NCBI GenBank assembly: GCA_964508365.1
Contig: CAZDTP010000010.1
Location: 14,336-78,335 of the forward strand
Origin: an uncultured archaeon
Lineage (GTDB): Archaea > Asgardarchaeota > Lokiarchaeia > Sigyniarchaeales > SOKP01
Direction: 5' to 3'
DNA: 64,000 nucleotides
Shown here: piece after piece, positions 10,400 to 18,994 of the stretch
Numbering within the stretch: position 1 is the first letter of the stretch
Layout of the letters: each line of letters starts with the position of its first letter
Notes under the pieces: model-generated
Told to the model about the DNA's origin: nothing
The model's database searches: none
The model's input: only the letters and a program-made list of their open reading frames with translations
Translations under genes and position numbers: made by a program

Positions 10400-10798
10400 G
10401 TGGTTAGCCGACTTGAACTTGTGCTTAAAGAATTAAATGAAAATGGAAATTTTAGAGCGTCATTGTTCTCTACTTCAACAGGATTAGTTTTAGCTTCCCA
10501 AAAATCAGAAAAAGTTGATGATCGGGTTGTTGCTGCTATGAGCTCCTTATTGAGCGATGCAGCATATAAAGCTTCTGAGGAAATGAGCTTGTCCCTTCTT
10601 TCGAGTTTAAAGATAAAATATATTGAGGATTATATTGTATGCAGAAATATTATTATGCCTGATCAAAAAACACAATTTATATTGGCAGTTTTATCCAATA
10701 ATCCTGAATCACATGAAATTGAATCCTATTACGATCAATTACTAGATTGGGCTGTTGATAACGCAACTCCCGATTTAGAAAAACTGTCTTCAATATAA
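10400..10798 (+). CDS. Roadblock/LC7-domain protein
   Basis: 132 aa; S-L-F-S-T-S-T-G-L-V-L-A-S...D-R-V-V-A-A-M-S-S-L-L pattern typical of the roadblock fold. Confidence 0.7.
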   Translation: MVSRLELVLKELNENGNFRASLFSTSTGLVLASQKSEKVDDRVVAAMSSLLSDAAYKASEEMSLSLLSSLKIKYIEDYIVCRNIIMPDQKTQFILAVLSNNPESHEIESYYDQLLDWAVDNATPDLEKLSSI

Positions 10799-10834
10799 AT
10801 AAACTTAATTTTTATTAAAAATCTAGTGGATAAT

Positions 10835-11509
10835 TTAAGTCAATATTGATTCATAAAAGTTTATTACTTCCCTACTAATCGCTTCTTCAAATCCTTGATA
10901 AAAATGATCAGCTCCTTCTATAATCTTGAACTTTTTTGGCTCTGAATAGTAATTATAGTGTTTCATAAAATTATTATAAGGTGCTAATGAATCCATGTCC
11001 CCTTGAATGAATAATTTTGGACTTTTCGATTGAGAAAACTCTTTATATTGGATGCCCATAAAGTCCCAAGGAAAAGAAATTGCACAATATCCGATTATTT
11101 TTTTTGAATAGTTGATAGTAGAACATCCTATAGCAGCACCGTAGGAGTACCCGCATATAAATATTCTATCAAAAAGTAAAGTCTGCGTTAAATGATCAAT
11201 ACAAGCCTTAACATCGCTTAATTCGCCTTTACCACTTGTATGTTTCCCTGTTGAATTACCAACTCCCCTAAAATTGAAGCGCATGCACGATATATCATTG
11301 TTAACGAACGAATTAAAAACACCCGATACAACATTATTATGCATGTCCCCTCCATATTTTCCCTTTCTTGGGATTTAAACCCTAAAAAATTCAGGATGTG
11401 GATGACACATTAATGCAACACAACTAGGTGTTTCTTTTTTTATCTGAAAAACTTCGGCTTCAAGTTTAATTTCATTATTAAGAATAAACAATTTTTCAAC
11501 GCTATGCAT
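10835..11509 (-). CDS. Alpha/beta-fold hydrolase (COG2945-like), split by a 33-nt intron: exon 1 11509-11391, exon 2 11357-10835, 213 aa spliced
   Basis: Exon 1 translates to MHSVEKLFILNNEIKLEAEVFQIKKETPSCVALMCHPHP(E). Exon 2 gives YGGDMHNNVV...RFNFRGVG...GYSYG (nucleophile)...QGDMD...GADHF. The ORF track only sees 10835-11344. Confidence 0.88.
11358..11390 (-). other. Putative BHB-type (tRNA endonuclease) intron in mRNA, 33 nt, with an in-frame UAA
   Basis: Minus strand reads UCCACA-UCCU-GA^A-UUUUUU-A-GGG-UUUAAAU-CCC-AAGAAA-GGGA-AA^A-UAUGGA. This gives a 4-bp central helix UCCU/GGGA, two 3-nt bulges on opposite strands, an intron stem and an exon stem. Splicing yields CCU GA|A UAU GGA = P-E-Y-G. 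Confidence 0.82.
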
Positions 11510-11559
11510 AATTTTAATTAATCTTTAATATATAATAATAATACTATTAAAATTCTTTA

Positions 11560-12420
11560 GTGAAAATGAGTTATAATCGTATTTTAATCAAAGAAAAACT
11601 AAAAAAGTTCTTAATTGAAGACAACTATTTCATCGATATTAGTTCAAACTCCATTCCCAAAGAATCTGCATCTTCAGCAACAATCATAGCCAAAAGTGAT
11701 GGATATTTGTCTGGTTTAGAAGAGCTGGAAATATTATATCAACTCTTAAATGTGAATGTTATCAGTAACAAAGAAGATGGAGATCAAATCCATAAAGGTG
11801 ATATCGTAGCGAAAATAGACGGTAAAACAAGAGATATATTGCTAGGTGAGCGATTAGGTCTAAATCTTATGAGTCACATGAGTGCAATAACTTCTACAAC
11901 TCGAAAATTTGTAAAAATAATTGAAGATTCTGGGAAAAATGTGAAAATAGCTTGTACAAGGAAAACTCTACCAGGGTTAAGATTGTTCGAAAAGAAAGCC
12001 GTAAGCCTGGGTGGAGGAGATACTCACCGTTTTAATTTAGACGATATGGTACTTTTAAAATCAACACATTTAAGATTTTACAAAGGAAACATCGGAAAAC
12101 TTCTTAATGATGTGAGATCTCAAGTTAGTTTTACAAAAAAAATAGAAATTGAAATAGAAAATGTAAACGATGTCCTAATTGCCATTAAAAACAAAGCAGA
12201 TATAATTATGCTGGATAATATGGATCCAGATAAAGCTCAGGACGCTATTAACTTATTAAAACAAGAAAATTTACGTAATCAAGCCATTATAGAAATTTCG
12301 GGGAATATTACTCAAGCAAATATTTTTGACTATCTAATTTCAGAGCCAGATGTAATAAGTACGAGTGTTCTTACACAAAAACCCACTGAATTCGTAGATT
12401 ATTCACTTCGATTTGATTAA
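11560..12420 (+). CDS. nadC: Nicotinate-nucleotide pyrophosphorylase (carboxylating)
   Basis: ERLGLN, TRKTLPGLRLFEKKAV, HRFNL, IEIE, IMLDNM, EISGNI. Confidence 0.93.
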   Translation: MKMSYNRILIKEKLKKFLIEDNYFIDISSNSIPKESASSATIIAKSDGYLSGLEELEILYQLLNVNVISNKEDGDQIHKGDIVAKIDGKTRDILLGERLGLNLMSHMSAITSTTRKFVKIIEDSGKNVKIACTRKTLPGLRLFEKKAVSLGGGDTHRFNLDDMVLLKSTHLRFYKGNIGKLLNDVRSQVSFTKKIEIEIENVNDVLIAIKNKADIIMLDNMDPDKAQDAINLLKQENLRNQAIIEISGNITQANIFDYLISEPDVISTSVLTQKPTEFVDYSLRFD

Positions 12421-12431
12421 AGGTAAAAAAA

Positions 12432-12824
12432 TTAATCTATTATTATTTCGTGGATTGAACTACTCACATCCTTAATTTTTGCGATAGATTGATAAAGATC
12501 TTTAATAAATCCAAATTCTCCTACTACTAAAACCGTTTCGATTTTTTTCTCGGCAATTCTCCAATCACTTATAGCCTTTATTATTGCGTGAAATTTATAA
12601 AATAGCTCAGAAATTTCATCAGCTATAGATTCCTTAACAGGATATACGAGGTTAATTGTCATGATTCTGTATCCTTCTAAATTCTCGAATTTCTCATGAC
12701 TTTCTATAAATTTTAATATTGAATCTCTTAGTGCTTCGCTTTTGGAATTAAATCCGCTCTGTTTTCGAACTTTTTCAAACCTGTCTAGTAAGTCTTCACT
12801 AACTTGGAGAGATATAATTTTCAT
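12432..12824 (-). CDS. NikR/CopG-family ribbon-helix-helix transcriptional regulator with ACT-like C-terminus
   Basis: IISLQVSEDLLDRFEKV...GFNSKSEALRDSI; lacks the His-rich Ni-binding motif of true NikR. Confidence 0.8.
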   Translation of the reverse strand: MKIISLQVSEDLLDRFEKVRKQSGFNSKSEALRDSILKFIESHEKFENLEGYRIMTINLVYPVKESIADEISELFYKFHAIIKAISDWRIAEKKIETVLVVGEFGFIKDLYQSIAKIKDVSSSIHEIIID

Positions 12825-12981
12825 TATATAGAATATAAATATGATTCTTAAATAAGTGTATTAAATTCTCCCTCATAAATTGTTCTTCTCTTAGGAGTTA
12901 TTTGGTAAGTTTAAAATTAATGATTTTTAAAATTACCTCGAAGGAACATATTAAATTGATCAAATTCTTATCAAAGTTATT

Positions 12982-13812
12982 TCACAAAAATTCAGAGATA
13001 TAATTAATACTCTGCTCTAAACCCTCCTTGGCTGAAAGTTCTATGATAAGAGCACCTTTATATCCATAACTTTCAATAATTTCTAAAATATGCTTAAAAT
13101 TAATTTTACCTGAACCTAACTGTGGATGAGTATCTGATTCCGTTGTAAAGTTTTCGACAATATGTACATTTTTAATAATTTTATGATACCTTTCCCAAAG
13201 TAAATTCACATCTCCATTATTAGTATAGAAGTGGCTGGTGTCATATGTGAGGAATAATTCTTTTCTATTAATAGACTCTAAATTTTCTTTAATATTATCC
13301 TGGTCTAACATTATATGTGTATTTTTGGGCATATTTTCAAGACAAATCGATATATCAAGATTTTTTGTCATATCTAATATAATATTAATTGCTCTAGCTA
13401 ATTGGATTCTATTATAATCTCTAAAAGATTCCAACAAATAATTAGCCAAACCTGGATGGATAGTTAATATTTTGGCTTTAAATTCCCTGCAAAATTGAGC
13501 AGTTTCAAGATATGCATCTATTGAGGCTTGAGAGATTCCTTTATTGTGAGAGCACAAGTTAATATCGATAAATGGGCCATGTACTTGCTTTGCCATTGAA
13601 TACGATTTAAAAAGATCAAGATATGCTTGTTTCATCTCACCTATAAACATATCTTGCGGATCAACAACAATTTCTACAACATTAATTCCATGTTCTTCCG
13701 CAGATTTAAAACACTCTTCTGTAGAATGATAAAACATATTAGAAATATTAGTAAATTTATTATCTGACGCATTTTCTATGATATTCCCTAATGAACTAAT
13801 ACCTAATCTCAT
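12982..13812 (-). CDS. Sugar phosphate isomerase/epimerase (AP endonuclease 2 TIM barrel)
   Basis: VHGPF, TIHPG, LENMP, YDTSH, HIVEN, HPQLGSG, IIEL. Confidence 0.85.
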   Translation of the reverse strand: MRLGISSLGNIIENASDNKFTNISNMFYHSTEECFKSAEEHGINVVEIVVDPQDMFIGEMKQAYLDLFKSYSMAKQVHGPFIDINLCSHNKGISQASIDAYLETAQFCREFKAKILTIHPGLANYLLESFRDYNRIQLARAINIILDMTKNLDISICLENMPKNTHIMLDQDNIKENLESINRKELFLTYDTSHFYTNNGDVNLLWERYHKIIKNVHIVENFTTESDTHPQLGSGKINFKHILEIIESYGYKGALIIELSAKEGLEQSINYISEFL

Positions 13813-13830
13813 TTAACCCTGCCTCATTAT

Positions 13831-14505
13831 TTATTTAGCTCTAAATCTTTTTGGATAGCAAGCAAATAAGCTATTAAACATTTTTTCATGTTCTTCAAGA
13901 TTTTCTTGAGGGATAGTATAAGGTTCTCCAATTTGTAATGCGCCCCAATAGACTTTAGCCAATTTTTCAAGGATTACAGAAAAACGAACTGCATGATCTA
14001 ACGACTTACCACATATTATAGCTCCATGATTAGCTAATATAGCCGCGTTATTTCTTCCTAATGCTTTTAAAGCACTAACTCCCATTTCATTTGTATGGGC
14101 TTCTGTAATTTCAGTACATTGAATTAATCCACCAAGAAAAATTAATTGTTGTTCCATAATAATTGGAATGCTCTTTCTAAGAATAGATATCATGGAAACA
14201 TAAGAAGAGTGAGTGTGAATGACACATTTTACTTTTGGTCTATCTCTATAAACAGCTAAATGCATTTTTACTTCTGTAGAGGGAATTTTTCCTGATCCAA
14301 TTACATTCCCATCTAAATCCATATGAACAATTAAATCGGGATTTAATAGAAGATATTTCGTTGAAGTTGGAGTAACTAATATCTCATTTTTGTTAATCCT
14401 AATACTAACATTGCCTTCACCGTCCTCAACTAAACTTTTACTATAAATCTCTTGAGCTCCTTGAACAACATTTTTTCTTAGTTGTTTTAAATGATCAGGC
14501 TCCAT
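13831..14505 (-). CDS. Class II aldolase/adducin family (FucA-like)
   Basis: EGNVSIR, PSTEVKMHLAVYRDRP, VIHTHS, LANHGAI. Confidence 0.92.
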   Translation of the reverse strand: MEPDHLKQLRKNVVQGAQEIYSKSLVEDGEGNVSIRINKNEILVTPTSTKYLLLNPDLIVHMDLDGNVIGSGKIPSTEVKMHLAVYRDRPKVKCVIHTHSSYVSMISILRKSIPIIMEQQLIFLGGLIQCTEITEAHTNEMGVSALKALGRNNAAILANHGAIICGKSLDHAVRFSVILEKLAKVYWGALQIGEPYTIPQENLEEHEKMFNSLFACYPKRFRAK

Positions 14506-14686
14506 ATAAATTAAAAGGATAGATTCAATAAAAACATAATTTCCTCAATTTTATATTTAACACGGACTCAATTAAATGTTATTTTTAAATCTAAAATTAT
14601 TAATCTAATATGGTCCAACTTTTTTTATTATATCATTTAATATTCAATATGTCAACCTGTATTCACTTTTTCACTAATGATTAAAA

Positions 14687-15775
14687 ATGCACCGTCTAAT
14701 TTTTCATTGTGACCTTGATTGTTTTTTTGCTGCAGTTGAGGAACGAGATGCCCCTGATTATAAAGGAAAACCAGTAATAGTAGGAGCAGATCCAAAAGAT
14801 GGAAAAGGAAGAGGAGTCGTAAGTACATGCAACTACGAGGCACGAAAATTTGGTCTTCATTCAGCAATGCCTATTTCTCAGGCTTTTAAAAGATGTCCAC
14901 ATGGGATATATCTATCCCCCGATTTTAAGAAATATAGCGTAGCTTCGAAAAAAGTTATGGATATAATTAAATCTTATTCAATAAAGTTCCAGCAAGTAAG
15001 TATAGACGAAGCTTATCTCGATGTGTCCGATATTTGTAAAAATTTTGAAGATGCCAAGAACTTGGCTAAAAATATAAAGAATCAAATTCAAAATGTTGTA
15101 GGTATCACAATTTCGATTGGTTGCGCTTCTACTAAATCTATAGCAAAAATTGCCTCCGATTATAATAAACCTAATGGTATTACTGTAGTTGAGCCAGAAA
15201 AAGAACGAGAATTTTTAGAAGATATGGATATTACTCGAATCCCCGGGATTGGAAAAAAATTTAAAATATATTATAATAAAAAAGGGATTAAAACGATCGG
15301 TGATATCATTAATCTTACACTCCCCAAAATGGTACAATTGTTTGGAAAAAATGGAGAATGGGTATGGCAGGTCGCAAATGGGCTTGACAATACAGAGGTA
15401 AAGAATTCAGAAAGAACTAAAAAATCGATAAGTAAAGAAAGAACTTTTTTTGAGGACACTAGTGACTTTGATGTAATCTTATCAAAACTTGAAGAAATCA
15501 ATAATAAAATTCATGAATTTATATACAAGAATAAGATTTATTACAAGACAGTAAGTATAAAAATAAGACTTGAGGGCTTTTTAACCTTCACTCGCGCGCA
15601 TTCTTTTGTTCATCACATTCAAGATGAGAAAAAAACGTTACAAGTTATAACCGATTTAACTAACCAATTTTCTACAATGAACAAGAAAGTTAGACTAGTC
15701 GGAATTAAAATATCAAACTTGAAAAAATATCCATGTACATCTCAAAAAACAATTATAAATTATTTAGAAAATTGA
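14687..15775 (+). CDS. dinB: Y-family DNA polymerase IV
   Basis: HCDLDCFFAAVE, STCNYEARKFG, SIDEAYLD, AKIASDYNKPNG, IPGIG. Confidence 0.95.
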   Translation: MHRLIFHCDLDCFFAAVEERDAPDYKGKPVIVGADPKDGKGRGVVSTCNYEARKFGLHSAMPISQAFKRCPHGIYLSPDFKKYSVASKKVMDIIKSYSIKFQQVSIDEAYLDVSDICKNFEDAKNLAKNIKNQIQNVVGITISIGCASTKSIAKIASDYNKPNGITVVEPEKEREFLEDMDITRIPGIGKKFKIYYNKKGIKTIGDIINLTLPKMVQLFGKNGEWVWQVANGLDNTEVKNSERTKKSISKERTFFEDTSDFDVILSKLEEINNKIHEFIYKNKIYYKTVSIKIRLEGFLTFTRAHSFVHHIQDEKKTLQVITDLTNQFSTMNKKVRLVGIKISNLKKYPCTSQKTIINYLEN

Positions 15776-15782
15776 AACCAGC

Positions 15783-16718
15783 TTATAATAACTCATTTTG
15801 AACTCTAGTTGAAATAAGAGTTGATATTAATTCTTCATGTTTTTGACCATTTGATGCAATTAAACCAGGGGTATTAACTAAACATTTTTCATTATTATAT
15901 TTGATATTATTTCCTCTTAAATCTGTTATTTTTCCTCCTGCTTCTTTTATTAGTAAATCACCTGGTAAAAAATCCCACGTAAATGAGTGCGTCATATCCA
16001 ATGGTTTAATGTAAATATCAGCGGATCCCTCAGCAACCATGCATAATTTTGCCATACTATCGATTTGAACGAAATTAGTTATACCAAGAATACTTGCAAA
16101 TTTCAGTACCCAAGGTTCGTCGTAATGAAGTGAATGGCAAAAACGAAATGACTCTATTTTCTGATTATTACTTACATTAACTTTGGTAAAAGCGTGGTTT
16201 CCATATGATAGTCTAGCACCATGGTTTTTTTGAGCCGAAAATATCGCCAAAGCGCTATTTCTATAATTTGGCGCACTAATTGCACAAATTGTTGGCTTAG
16301 AATCAACCATGAATCCAATTCCTATAGCATATATTAAATTTTTTTGATATCCTTTTGTACCGTCAATCGGATCAACTGTCCATTGACGCTTAGAGACAGG
16401 TCCGCGGTATGTTAAAATATCCTTTAAATTCTCCTCAATTATGTAGTTTAAAGCAGTATAACACTTCTTAAGAATATTTAAGACATTCGAATTTAAGAAA
16501 ACAGAAGCATCTTCTTCAGCGATAACTTGATCCTTAGGAAAATTCTTTTTAATTTTAGAGATTATAAAAATTTGGGATGCGAAATCTGCAAGTGTGACTG
16601 GGGACTTATCATTCTTAATATAAGATGAAATTTTCTTAGTTTTAAACCATTCAGTTATTCTTGAAGCATCTCTAACCAAATCAACTGCTAGAGATAATTC
16701 TTTATTGTAACTTTCCAT
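15783..16718 (-). CDS. Inositol monophosphatase superfamily, HAL2/SAL1-like 3'(2'),5'-bisphosphate nucleotidase
   Basis: DKSPVTLADFASQ, VIAEED, WTVDPIDGTKGY, WD...LIKEAGGKITD. Confidence 0.85.
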   Translation of the reverse strand: MESYNKELSLAVDLVRDASRITEWFKTKKISSYIKNDKSPVTLADFASQIFIISKIKKNFPKDQVIAEEDASVFLNSNVLNILKKCYTALNYIIEENLKDILTYRGPVSKRQWTVDPIDGTKGYQKNLIYAIGIGFMVDSKPTICAISAPNYRNSALAIFSAQKNHGARLSYGNHAFTKVNVSNNQKIESFRFCHSLHYDEPWVLKFASILGITNFVQIDSMAKLCMVAEGSADIYIKPLDMTHSFTWDFLPGDLLIKEAGGKITDLRGNNIKYNNEKCLVNTPGLIASNGQKHEELISTLISTRVQNELL

Positions 16719-16770
16719 AATTTTTACTCTATTTTATTCAAGCGATTTAAAAATTTCTATAAATAGAATC

Positions 16771-18453
16771 TTAGATTTTCTTTGACTCTTTGAAAAGCTC
16801 AAAAATATCCTTCTCATAATCAATAGTATCTTCAGGTAATAGATTTGGCTCCTTAATTAATTTAGCAAGATAATATGTTTTTGATCCTCTCTCTAAATAT
16901 TGTAATACGGTGTATGCTCCTTCTAAATGACTTCCACAACATATACTCCCATGGTTAGCAAGGATTACTGCGTTTCTATCTCCTAAACTTGCTTTTACAT
17001 TATGAGCTAATTCTTCACTACCAGCCTCACCGTAATCCGAACATAAAATCTCTCCACCTAAGTAGGGCACAAGTTCTTCCATAATTGGAGGTAACGACAA
17101 ATTGAGAGTTCCGAGTATTGTTGAGTACATTCCGTGAGAGTGAATAATTGCATTCACATCTTCACGTTCTTTGTATATTCCTAAGTGTAGATATTTTTCT
17201 ACCGAGGGATTCCGTTCTCCTTCAATGACCTTACCTTCTAAGTCTATGATCAGGATATCATCATTATCCATTTCCTCGTAGTTTACATTACTCGGAGTGA
17301 TTAAGACGGCTTCTTTATTGTCATGGTTTACTCTCATACTTACATTTCCGGCTGATCCTATAACATGACCATCGTTTAATAACCTTTTACATACACAAAC
17401 AATTTCTTCTTTATATTTTTGGACAGGTTCCTTATTTAACTTTTGTTTGACATCTTCAGCTCCAAATACTTCGGGATTTAATACATGAGTTGGTATCCCA
17501 TCGTTTAACCAAATCTCAATATCTTCAAGGAGCATTTTAGATTGTCTTTTAACTACTTCAACGGTATTTCCTCCAAAATGAGGTAATATGATAACATTGT
17601 CTAATTTTAAGAACTCATTATCTTCATCAATGGGCTCTAAAGGAAATACATCTAAAGCAGCTCCCGCGATCTCGTTTTTTTTTAAAGCTTCGTATAGATA
17701 ATCGTAATCAATGAGGCTTCCTTTAGCCATGTTTATTAAATATCCAGAGTTTTTCATCATTTTTATCCGTTCTTCGTTAATAATATTATCATTTTCATCA
17801 TTTGCTACTGCATGTAAGGTAATAAAATCTGATTCTTTCATTAAAAAGTCAATATCTGTCTTGTCGCCGTACTCTTTAATATTTTCCTCGGAAACATATG
17901 GATCATATATAAGAAATTTAACACCAAATGGTCTTAATCGTTCGGCTACTCTTTGCCCAATTTGACCAAAACCTACTATGCCTATTGTTTTACTTTCTAA
18001 TTCACTTCCCATGAATTTATTATAGCAATTAATCCAATCTTCAAATTCAATAATTTCAAAATCCTCTGAATGTAGGAATCGGTCTAGTTTAGTGAGATTT
18101 CTTGCCATAGATATTATTAAACCAACAGTTAATTCAGCAACTGCAACGACATTCCTATTTGGCGTGTAAATGATAGGTATATTTTTTTTGGTTGCAGCAT
18201 CTAAATTAATGTTGAAAGGATCCCCACGACAAGATGCAATCAGCTTCAAGTTTGTCTTTTCAAACAGTTCTGCTTTCTTTAAATCGTCTGCTACAGTTAT
18301 GAAGACATCATATTCACTTAATTTTTCAACCATCTCTTTAATGTCAAAATATATATTTCCAGTATCTCTCCAACTCTCATAGGTTACTTCCATTTTCTTT
18401 TTCAATTCTTCTAAAACTTCGTCAGTTATACTTGCTGTTATAAATGCTCTCAT
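16771..18453 (-). CDS. Fusion: D-2-hydroxyacid dehydrogenase (N) plus class II aldolase (C)
   Basis: GIVGFGQIG, ALDVFPLEP, LPHFGG, followed by SAGNVSMR, PSVEKYLH, IIHSH, LANHGSI. Confidence 0.92.
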   Translation of the reverse strand: MRAFITASITDEVLEELKKKMEVTYESWRDTGNIYFDIKEMVEKLSEYDVFITVADDLKKAELFEKTNLKLIASCRGDPFNINLDAATKKNIPIIYTPNRNVVAVAELTVGLIISMARNLTKLDRFLHSEDFEIIEFEDWINCYNKFMGSELESKTIGIVGFGQIGQRVAERLRPFGVKFLIYDPYVSEENIKEYGDKTDIDFLMKESDFITLHAVANDENDNIINEERIKMMKNSGYLINMAKGSLIDYDYLYEALKKNEIAGAALDVFPLEPIDEDNEFLKLDNVIILPHFGGNTVEVVKRQSKMLLEDIEIWLNDGIPTHVLNPEVFGAEDVKQKLNKEPVQKYKEEIVCVCKRLLNDGHVIGSAGNVSMRVNHDNKEAVLITPSNVNYEEMDNDDILIIDLEGKVIEGERNPSVEKYLHLGIYKEREDVNAIIHSHGMYSTILGTLNLSLPPIMEELVPYLGGEILCSDYGEAGSEELAHNVKASLGDRNAVILANHGSICCGSHLEGAYTVLQYLERGSKTYYLAKLIKEPNLLPEDTIDYEKDIFELFKESKKI

Positions 18454-18553
18454 AATTTCTCAACCCTCCTAAAAGACTATCCATTCTTTAAGTATTAGAT
18501 TATCTAATCATACAAATATATTTAGATTATATGATTAAAATAACTAAATTTTG

Positions 18554-18904
18554 TTAAAACATCAAGCTCTTCAGTTTCATTAAATTTCTAATGTTTCCTT
18601 CAATGACCTTTATTTTTCCTGAAGAATACGCTTTCACCGCTCCGAGCTCTTTGTTAAAAAGTTCTAATAAAATATTTTCTGATGTAAACACGATTTTAAC
18701 AGTAGCAGTTACATCACTAGCATTATCTTTAACCTCTATTCCTTGATCCTTATTAACATAGATCATAACACTACGGTTAGTGTCTGAAAATGAAATTTGT
18801 ATCGGGTCTTCATAGTTTGCTAATTTTTTTCTTACCTTTTCTGTGTTATTATAACGATTTTCAATCTCCTTTAAACAAGATTCAAAACTATCAAACTCTG
18901 TCAA
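18554..18904 (-). CDS. SCP2 sterol-carrier-like lipid-binding protein
   Basis: 116 aa; ELGAVKAYSSGKIKVIEGNI..LMKL motif. TTG start with AGGTGA SD 6 nt upstream. Confidence 0.8.
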   Translation of the reverse strand: MTEFDSFESCLKEIENRYNNTEKVRKKLANYEDPIQISFSDTNRSVMIYVNKDQGIEVKDNASDVTATVKIVFTSENILLELFNKELGAVKAYSSGKIKVIEGNIRNLMKLKSLMF

Positions 18905-18994
18905 TTCTATTCACCTTTAAAATACCAAAATAAGTTTTAATGTTAATAATTTACGATAGTTTATAAAAATAGTAAAATTAAAACCTAGAAGAAT

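Noticed and set aside
10835-11344. The ORF-track call of a complete 169-aa hydrolase starting MHNNVV, or a simple pseudogene
   Set aside because: An in-frame upstream exon supplies the missing N-terminus and HPHP motif, and the interruption is a precise BHB. The rest of the gene has an intact catalytic triad and no other lesions.
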